Of a stretch of DNA of 64,000 nt, positions 57,029 through 64,000 are shown piece after piece (the stretch's first letter is position 1; each line of letters starts with the position of its first letter). Source of the DNA: Treponema sp. GTDB lineage: Bacteria > Spirochaetota > Spirochaetia > Treponematales > Treponemataceae. The position numbers and the translations under genes are program-made. The notes beneath the pieces were generated by a model, which searched no databases, was not told the origin of the DNA, and was given only the letters and a program-made list of their open reading frames with translations. The stretch spans positions 4,768 to 68,767 of the forward strand of contig JAEENG010000071.1 in NCBI GenBank assembly GCA_016283615.1. Direction: 5' to 3'.

Positions 57029-59053
57029 TTAATTTCCGCCGTTGCGTGTGTAGGCAGCAAGACCGCCTTGTTTAAGAATATTGCGGCTGCGTTCAGCAAG
57101 GTCGTTGACACCCTTGAATGTTTTGCCATTGCATACGATGTCAAATTCACAACCTGTGTTGAGCGCTTCTTCAATATTTGTAAGTTCAACTGTGTCACCC
57201 TGTTTAATCTGATCATAATCAGCAGGATTAACAAAATTGATTGGAATAATTCCGTAGTTGATAAGGTTAGCCTTGTGGATTCGTGCAAAACTCTTTGTAA
57301 TGATTGCGCGTACGCCAAGGTACATAGGTCCGAGGGCTGCGTGTTCGCGGCTTGAACCCTGTCCGTAGTTTTCTCCGCCGATTACACAGCAGTCAGCAAA
57401 GTTTTCTTTTTCGCTTCTTTCATAGAATGTTGGATCGAGGCGGGTAAGAGTGAACTTTGAAATTTCTGGAATATTTGAACGCAGCGGCAGAACTTTTGCT
57501 CCTGCCGGCATGATGTCGTCTGTAGAAACGTTGTCTGCGGCCTTTAAGCGTACAGGAAGTGTAAGTTTTGCCTTGTATTCGCGGCATGCAGGGCAAGGCT
57601 TGATGTTTGGTCCGCGTAAGATTTCTACCTTCTGTGCTTCTTCGAGCGGGAGCGGCGGAATCATCATACCGCGGTTTGTAGCGCATGCAAGAATCTGCTT
57701 TCCTGAAAGTCTCTTGTCTTTTCCGTCGAGGAGAGAAATGCGCAGGCCCTTCTTGTATGCAGGATCATTGTAGTCGAGGGTTTCTGCTTCTGTGATAACG
57801 CCTGTGATTGCAGCTGCGGCGGCAGTTTCAGGGCTTACGAGGTAAACATTTGCGTCAGCAGTACCAGAGCGTCCCTTAAAGTTGCGGTTGAATGTGCGGA
57901 GGGTTACACCTTCTGAGTTTGGTGCAAAGCCCTGTCCGATACAAGGACCGCAGGCACTTTCAAGAATACGGAATCCTGCTTCGATAAGGTCTTCGAGAAT
58001 GCCTGATTTAGAAGCCATCAAAAGTGTAGTGCGGCTTCCAGGTGCGATTCCGGCTTCTACGCCAGGAGCAATGTGTTTACCCTTAACGATTGCGGCAACG
58101 CTTTCGAGGTCGTCAAGTGAAGAGTTTGTACATGAACCGATGACAACCTGGGTAACTTTCTTTCCTGAAAGGTCTTTGATTGAATTTATAACGTCAGGGT
58201 TATGAGGACATGCTGCGAGGGCGCTCAATTTGTCGAGGTCGATTTCGATGAGTTTGTCGTATTCACAGCCTTCGTCTGCTTTCTGTTCTGTCCAGTCTTT
58301 ACCGCGTCCCATTGATTCGAGGAACTTCTTTGTTTTTGCGTCTGAAGGGAAGATTGAACATGTTGCTCCGAGTTCGGCACCCATGTTTGTGATTGTTGCA
58401 CGCTGTGGAACAGTCAGTGATTCAACACCTTCACCAAAGTATTCGTAAATTGCGAGAGTTCCGCCCTTTACAGTTTCGCGGCGGAGAACTTCGAGGATGA
58501 TGTCTTTTGCACCAACGCCCTTGCGGAGGTGGCCTGTAAGTTTAACACCGAAGATTTTTGGCATTGCAAGGTGGAATGCACCGCCGCCCATTGCAACAGC
58601 TACGTCAAGACCACCGGCACCGATGGCGATCATTCCGATACCGCCGCCTGTCGGAGTGTGGCTGTCTGAGCCGAGGAGAGTTTTTCCCGGTTTGCCAAAG
58701 CATTCAAGATGAACCTGGTGACAGATTCCGTTGCCCGGACGGCTGAAGTAAAGACCGTATTTGGCGGCAATTGACTGCAGGTAACGGTGGTCGTCCATGT
58801 TCTTGAAGTCTGTCTGAAGAGTGTTGTGGTCTACATAAGAAACCGAAAGTTCTGTTTTAACGCGTGGAATTCCAATTGTTTCAAACTGGAGATATGTCAT
58901 TGTTCCGGTTGCGTCCTGTGTAAGAGTCTGATCGATTTTGATTGCAATGTCGGAACCGCGTTTAATCGGCTGTCCTTTTACAAATTCTGTTTCTTTACAA
59001 GCTTCCGGTACGATGTGTGCCTGAAGAAGCTTTTCTGCAAGCGTAAGTGCCAT
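57029..59053 (-). CDS. Aconitate hydratase (short ~670-aa type)
   Basis: TQDATGT, VDHN, GICHQV, GSDSHT, GSCTN, ACGPCIG, NRNFKGR, STDDIMP, NYGQGSSREHA. Confidence 0.92.
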   Translation of the reverse strand: MALTLAEKLLQAHIVPEACKETEFVKGQPIKRGSDIAIKIDQTLTQDATGTMTYLQFETIGIPRVKTELSVSYVDHNTLQTDFKNMDDHRYLQSIAAKYGLYFSRPGNGICHQVHLECFGKPGKTLLGSDSHTPTGGGIGMIAIGAGGLDVAVAMGGGAFHLAMPKIFGVKLTGHLRKGVGAKDIILEVLRRETVKGGTLAIYEYFGEGVESLTVPQRATITNMGAELGATCSIFPSDAKTKKFLESMGRGKDWTEQKADEGCEYDKLIEIDLDKLSALAACPHNPDVINSIKDLSGKKVTQVVIGSCTNSSLDDLESVAAIVKGKHIAPGVEAGIAPGSRTTLLMASKSGILEDLIEAGFRILESACGPCIGQGFAPNSEGVTLRTFNRNFKGRSGTADANVYLVSPETAAAAAITGVITEAETLDYNDPAYKKGLRISLLDGKDKRLSGKQILACATNRGMMIPPLPLEEAQKVEILRGPNIKPCPACREYKAKLTLPVRLKAADNVSTDDIMPAGAKVLPLRSNIPEISKFTLTRLDPTFYERSEKENFADCCVIGGENYGQGSSREHAALGPMYLGVRAIITKSFARIHKANLINYGIIPINFVNPADYDQIKQGDTVELTNIEEALNTGCEFDIVCNGKTFKGVNDLAERSRNILKQGGLAAYTRNGGN

Positions 59054-59124
59054 AAAAAAAATACCTCATCAATTATTTTTGTTTAGTATATAGATTTAAG
59101 AGCGGTTTTACAAGAATATCGCTT

Positions 59125-59886
59125 TTAAGGATTTACAATGATTTGTACCGGACAATGGTCGCTTCCGGTTATTGAATTTAATATGGCTGAACTTTCAACA
59201 TTGTTTATAAAGCCTTCGTTAACGCACTGATAGTCAATGCGCCATCCGATGTTCTTCTCACGTGCGTGGAATCTGTAGCTCCACCACGAATACTGACCCG
59301 CTTCCTGGCAGAAGTGCCGGAAAGTGTCCACATAACCGCTTGAAGTAAATGTGTCCATCCAGGCACGTTCTTCCGGCAGGTAGCCTGCGTTCTTTTCGTT
59401 TGATTTTGGATTTGCAAGGTCAATCGGTTTGTGGGCGATGTTGTAGTCACCGCAGAGCACGATGTTAAAGCCGTCTTTTACAAGCTGGTCGCATTTTTTG
59501 AGCATTGCATCGCAGAAGGCAAGTTTATAGTCAAGTCTGGCTCCTGCATCCTGGCTGTTTGGAAAGTATGCGCTTATTACCGCAAGTTTTGGAAACTTTG
59601 CGATTAAAACACGGCCTTCATCATCAAAGCGCTCGTCGCCCATAAGTTCAATTGAATCTGGTTCAACTTTTGAATAAATTGCGGTTCCTGAGTAACCAGC
59701 TTTTTTTGCACTTGAAAAATAAGATTTATAGGGAGAAGGTGCAAGAAGTTCTTCAGAAAGCTGAGACGGACTGGCTTTTGTTTCCTGAATGCAGACAACG
59801 TCTGCATTTGAGTTTTTGAGCCATTCAATAAATCCCTTTTTTTCTACGGCACGGATTCCATTAACATTCCAGGAAATAATATTCAT
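59125..59886 (-). CDS. xth: Exodeoxyribonuclease III
   Basis: SWNVNGIRA, QETK, GDYNIAH, GWRIDY, GSDHCP. Confidence 0.96.
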   Translation of the reverse strand: MNIISWNVNGIRAVEKKGFIEWLKNSNADVVCIQETKASPSQLSEELLAPSPYKSYFSSAKKAGYSGTAIYSKVEPDSIELMGDERFDDEGRVLIAKFPKLAVISAYFPNSQDAGARLDYKLAFCDAMLKKCDQLVKDGFNIVLCGDYNIAHKPIDLANPKSNEKNAGYLPEERAWMDTFTSSGYVDTFRHFCQEAGQYSWWSYRFHAREKNIGWRIDYQCVNEGFINNVESSAILNSITGSDHCPVQIIVNP

Positions 59887-59991
59887 GAATTAAGAATACC
59901 ATTAAACAGGCCTGTTTCTCAAGTAAAACACCTGTTCAGAAAACGGCAAATACTTTTTTTTTTGAACCTTGTATGGTAAAATAAAATAATT

Positions 59992-60771
59992 ATGAAAAGT
60001 AAGAAAAGTATTTTCTTTTTTGAATTTTCCATTCTTTTTACGGTCATCGTGCTGGGGATTACGGGCTGTTCATCTAAGGATAAAAAGTCAGATTCTGATT
60101 CGGATTTGACCCTGAGGGCCCAGTCAGAAAAACGTTTTAAAGAAATTGAATGGACGGACCCCATCGAAAAAGACCGTCTTACACAAAATATTTCTACGAC
60201 TCAGACAATTGCAGATACAATAAAACTCACACCGGTAATCTTTTTATGCTCAAATTACGCAAAAACAATTGAACCGGTCTATCCGAACCTTGACGGATTC
60301 GGGAACCTTGATGTTTCAGGCATCCCGGATGAAATAAAGCTTTCTGTAACTTCATTTTCTGAAAATCTGTGCACTGGTTCGGCGAATGATGAACTGATGA
60401 TGGCCGGAAGCATTTATGAACTTGCACTTTTTGAAACGGACCTCAAAAATGAATGGAAAAAGGTCTTTTTAGAAGACTTTCCTTCAGCTCCAGAAGATAA
60501 AAATTCAAAAGAAGGCGAATCAAAGGAAAAGGCAGAAAAAGAAGGTGAGGGCCGGGAGACATCTGAGCCTGCAGAACCTGAAAAACCAAAATACGTATTT
60601 GAAAGTTATATCATCGGAAACGGCTTTGAACAGAATTCCCTCTATGAACTTCCTGTAAGATTTAAATGCAGTAAGGGCCTTGTTGATGTTATGTTATACT
60701 ATTACCGCGAAAGCGTTAACTGGAAAATCAACCAGATAAAGATATTGCGCATGGAGGCGAAAAATGAATAA
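59992..60771 (+). CDS. Hypothetical lipoprotein
   Basis: Lipobox GITG-C; E/K-rich insert. Confidence 0.75.
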   Translation: MKSKKSIFFFEFSILFTVIVLGITGCSSKDKKSDSDSDLTLRAQSEKRFKEIEWTDPIEKDRLTQNISTTQTIADTIKLTPVIFLCSNYAKTIEPVYPNLDGFGNLDVSGIPDEIKLSVTSFSENLCTGSANDELMMAGSIYELALFETDLKNEWKKVFLEDFPSAPEDKNSKEGESKEKAEKEGEGRETSEPAEPEKPKYVFESYIIGNGFEQNSLYELPVRFKCSKGLVDVMLYYYRESVNWKINQIKILRMEAKNE

Positions 60772-61681
60772 CGAACTTACAGGAATCGAACGCCAGCTGG
60801 TTCTGCAATATCTTATGGACGGTAATGTTCCGGTTACTGTCACAGAAATCTTACCCCAGCCTTCAGAAGAGGATGAAAAGGGAAAGGTAAAGTCTATTGC
60901 GGGCGTTTTTCCGGTCGCTGTAAGGCGCGACCAGATGGAAGTTCTTGACCAGGGAATTATTCTCCTCAAAAACCCGGCAGAAACGGTAAAGTCATTTGAC
61001 GGAAAAAACGTAAAAGTTCAGTTTTATTTTAACAAGCTCGGACTTTATTTTGAAACTCAGATGAAAAGCGTACGTTCAGGGGATCTGGCGCTTGTAATTC
61101 CTTCGGTGATTAAAAAGGTTGAGGAACGTGTAAAAAAATCTTCCGGCGCATTCAACGCCGTTATTTATTACGAAGGTGAAGGGCAGAACGATATTAAATG
61201 CGGATTTCTTGACGATTATCCGGCATTTGTAACTCCAAAATGGAGCGATGTTCCCGAAGAAGAGCAGGTTACGGCAAAACGTTATCTTGAAAACGCCGTC
61301 ATGCATTCAAAAACTGTCGGAAAATCCATCGGAAACGGCCTCTTTTTGCTTTCTGTCTGCCGCTATCTTGCACAAAAAACAGAAAAAGAAGAAAACTCCA
61401 TCCAGGACAGAAAAAATCCGCCTGACATAATTTATATCGACAGCGAAAGAATTGTTTTTGCAGGCCTTGATAAGAATAATATTTTTACCGACTCAGGCGA
61501 ATACGCTTTGATTCTCGGCTTTCCGATTGCAAACGGCCCGATAAAGGAACGAACTGTTTATATCACGGCCCACGTTGATTCAATTTTTACGGACGATGAC
61601 AAGACAAAATACTGCGCAGTCTGTGACTATAAATCAATTAAAGAAGAAGACCAGAGATTTCTTGAAGATAAAAAGGTATAA
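60764..61681 (+). CDS. Hypothetical cytoplasmic protein
   Basis: GGAGG SD inside the upstream gene with an 8-nt overlap; beta-rich, possibly PilZ-type barrels (unverified). Confidence 0.7.
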   Translation: MNNELTGIERQLVLQYLMDGNVPVTVTEILPQPSEEDEKGKVKSIAGVFPVAVRRDQMEVLDQGIILLKNPAETVKSFDGKNVKVQFYFNKLGLYFETQMKSVRSGDLALVIPSVIKKVEERVKKSSGAFNAVIYYEGEGQNDIKCGFLDDYPAFVTPKWSDVPEEEQVTAKRYLENAVMHSKTVGKSIGNGLFLLSVCRYLAQKTEKEENSIQDRKNPPDIIYIDSERIVFAGLDKNNIFTDSGEYALILGFPIANGPIKERTVYITAHVDSIFTDDDKTKYCAVCDYKSIKEEDQRFLEDKKV

Positions 61682-61710
61682 AAAAAGCCGCCTTGCATCA
61701 GCAGGCGGCC
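61680..61710 (-). terminator. Terminator between the convergent hypothetical gene and serS
   Basis: A-run followed by the GCCGCCT-TGC-ATCA-GCA-GGCGGC hairpin. Confidence 0.7.
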
Positions 61711-61727
61711 ATTTTGTTTAGATTAAG

Positions 61728-63056
61728 TTATTTTTTTGCTGCGTGATAAACCGGATCCTTTACTTCTTTTTTAGGACCGATTTTGTCAAAGCCGCAGATC
61801 GGGCGGAGAACTTCCGGAACTGTAATTGAACCGTCTTCGTTCTGGTAGTTTTCCATGATTGCGAGCATTGCGCGTCCTACAGCGATTGCAGTTCCGTTGA
61901 GCATGTGAACGTATTTATTTTTTCCGTCATCGTCGTGGTATTTAACGTTCAAACGGCGGCTCTGGAAGTCTGTACAGTTTGAAGTTGAAGTAACTTCACC
62001 GTAATCGCCTTCTGGTTTTTCTTCTGTTGCGCGGCCAGGCATCCATGCTTCAAGGTCCCATTTGCGGTAAGCCGGAGCTCCGAGGTCACCTGTACATGTA
62101 TCAACAACGTGGAATGGAATTCCAAGTCCTGTAAAGATTTCTTCTTCAATCAGGCGGAGTTTTTCGTGGATTTCGTCACTCTGTTCCGGAAGACAATATA
62201 CAAACATTTCTACCTTATCAAACTGGTGAACGCGGTAAAGTCCCTTTGAGAACTGGCCTGCAGCGCCTGCTTCGCGGCGGAAACAGTGTGAAAGTCCGCA
62301 GTAATACAATGGAAGGGCAGACTTATCGAGGATTTCGTTTGAGTGGTAACCGCCGAGAGTGATTTCTGCAGTTGCAACGAGACAGGTTCCTTCTTCTTCG
62401 ATTGCGTAAACGTTTGATTCATTTCCGCGCGGGTTAAAACCGATACCCTTGAGAACTTCTTCCCTTGCAACATCAGGTGTGATAAATGTTGTAAAGCCGT
62501 GTTTGCGCAGAATGTTGAGGGCGTACATAATCAAAGCTTCTTCAAGGAATACTGCTTCGTTTTTGAGGTAGTAGAATTTTGCACCTGAAACCTTTGTTCC
62601 GCGTTCAAAATCAATCAGATCAAGTTCTTCGCCGAGTTCAACATGGCTTTTTGGCTTGAATGTAAATTTTCTTGGAGTTCCAACCTTTTTAACTTCAAGG
62701 TTTTCTGTATCGAGTTTTCCGATTGGTGTATCAGGGTGGCACATATTTGGAATCTGGCGTGCAGCTTCTTCAAGTTTAGCTTCTGTTTCTTCAAGTTTTT
62801 TTTCTGCAGCGGCAACATCTTCCTTAATCTTTTTGCCTTCTTCGATGTAAGCCTGGCGTGTCTGTGGATCAAGCTTCTGCTTCATTTTTGCGGCGTTTTC
62901 GTTGCGTTTCTGCTGCAATGACTGAAGTTCAGTTGTGAGGGCAGTGCGTTCATCGTAGAGTTTTACAACGATGTCTGCATCTGCGTGCATATTGCGGTTT
63001 ATGATGTTCTGTTTTACTGCTTCAAGATTGTCTTTGATAAATTTGTAATCAAGCAT
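61728..63056 (-). CDS. serS: Serine--tRNA ligase
   Basis: N-terminal coiled coil, ATAEI, FRREAG, GLYRVHQFDKVE, SNCTDFQSRR, HMLNGT. Confidence 0.97.
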   Translation of the reverse strand: MLDYKFIKDNLEAVKQNIINRNMHADADIVVKLYDERTALTTELQSLQQKRNENAAKMKQKLDPQTRQAYIEEGKKIKEDVAAAEKKLEETEAKLEEAARQIPNMCHPDTPIGKLDTENLEVKKVGTPRKFTFKPKSHVELGEELDLIDFERGTKVSGAKFYYLKNEAVFLEEALIMYALNILRKHGFTTFITPDVAREEVLKGIGFNPRGNESNVYAIEEEGTCLVATAEITLGGYHSNEILDKSALPLYYCGLSHCFRREAGAAGQFSKGLYRVHQFDKVEMFVYCLPEQSDEIHEKLRLIEEEIFTGLGIPFHVVDTCTGDLGAPAYRKWDLEAWMPGRATEEKPEGDYGEVTSTSNCTDFQSRRLNVKYHDDDGKNKYVHMLNGTAIAVGRAMLAIMENYQNEDGSITVPEVLRPICGFDKIGPKKEVKDPVYHAAKK

Positions 63057-63108
63057 TTTGATTCCTTCTTATTTATTTTAATAAAATTATTTTATCGTTT
63101 ATGATTTA

Positions 63109-63822
63109 TTATTTCAATTCATAAGTTGCGTTTACTGTAATTGAAATAGTGCTTTTACCGCCGTTAATCGGAGTCGAATATGAAGCCTCTTCTGTCATAA
63201 CGTCTCCGTTGCTTTTCATCAGAGCAGCTTTAGGAAAGGCACGGCTGTTGTATTCTTCGTAAATCTGAAGAAGGTTTCCGAGCTGGGCTCCGCTGGTTCC
63301 TGCGATAAGGGCTGCGGATTCCTGGGCCTGCTGTACGGCAAGAGTGCGTGCCTGTTTTACGAGAACTTCGCTGTTGGTGATTCCTAAATTCAATGATGAA
63401 AGCCTGTTTGCGCCAGCCTTGATAGAAGCGTCAATTACAGAACTTGCAAGGCTCTTGTCTTTGAGGAAAACTTTGATTTCATTGGAAACTTTGTAGTCGC
63501 CGTAAATTGTTTTTCCGGCCTGGTGTGACTGTTCCTGATAAATTGAATAATTCTGTGTGGTGATATTGTCCTTTGAAATGGAAAGGGCTTCGATTGCTTC
63601 TGTTACAGCGGTCATTTTTTTTGCATTGTTTTCTGCGGCAATTGTTGCGTCGCGGCCAGTTGTAACTACGCTCAAAACGATTGTTGCATTGTCCGCTTCT
63701 ACTTCGACTGTTCCTGTGCCGCTTACCTGAACTGTTCTTTTATTGTATTGAACCTGTCTGATTGAGCAGGATAAAAACATACCTGTCAGTGCGATTGCTG
63801 CGATAATTTTTAATTGTTTCAT
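63109..63822 (-). CDS. SIMPL/DUF541-domain lipoprotein
   Basis: Lipobox FLS-C; VQVSGTGTVEVEAD; ARTLAVQQA...A...GAQLG pattern. Confidence 0.85.
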   Translation of the reverse strand: MKQLKIIAAIALTGMFLSCSIRQVQYNKRTVQVSGTGTVEVEADNATIVLSVVTTGRDATIAAENNAKKMTAVTEAIEALSISKDNITTQNYSIYQEQSHQAGKTIYGDYKVSNEIKVFLKDKSLASSVIDASIKAGANRLSSLNLGITNSEVLVKQARTLAVQQAQESAALIAGTSGAQLGNLLQIYEEYNSRAFPKAALMKSNGDVMTEEASYSTPINGGKSTISITVNATYELK

Positions 63823-63846
63823 TTTATTCTCCCTTAATATTCTTCC

Positions 63847-64000
63847 TTAATAAATATCTATGTAAAATCTTTTGATAAATATTCTGCGTTTATTTGCCTG
63901 GCTCCAGAATTTTGAGGCAGGGTAGCGTTTAATCAGAGTGTCGTATGAGTCGAGCGCGTTTTTAATGTTTTTAACAGGGCTGTCGGCTTCAAGAATCTGT
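63847..64000 (-). CDS. 3' end of a TPR (BamD-like) protein, truncated by the window edge
   Basis: Manual translation ...QILEADSPVKNIKNALDSYDTLIKRYPASKFWSQANKRRIFIKRFYIDIY*. Confidence 0.65.
   Translation of the reverse strand, partial: QILEADSPVKNIKNALDSYDTLIKRYPASKFWSQANKRRIFIKRFYIDIY

Overview
Core chromosomal segment of a spirochaete, almost certainly a gut/rumen-type Treponema. Support: a Cmk-S1 fusion, a ~900-aa GreA, the flbB-fliK-flgD-flgE periplasmic-flagellum genes, a eukaryote-type hexokinase and an M16C peptidase. It is densely coding (~50 CDS, mostly housekeeping: clpB, rlmJ, tyrS, PBP1A, deoC, greA, rpe, recA, folK, scpAB, rluB, cmk-rpsA, uvrD/rep, hppA, aconitase, xth, serS). 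It also has three tRNAs (Arg-TCT, Val-TAC, Pro-TGG) and a 2[4Fe-4S] ferredoxin missed by the ORF track. I found no integrase, transposase, prophage, CRISPR array or defence island. The interesting signals are non-coding. (1) A self-contained ~87-nt candidate small RNA at 11681-11767 (-) with a sigma28/FliA-type promoter, a C-rich anti-Shine-Dalgarno-like loop and its own terminator. (2) Repeated leaderless-type promoter architecture. (3) A promoter and RBS inside the cmk-rpsA fusion that could make free S1. (4) A terminator between two tRNA genes. (5) A tandem-repeat-filled terminator loop after hppA. (6) A highly structured leader before deoC. All calls are by eye, without database searches.
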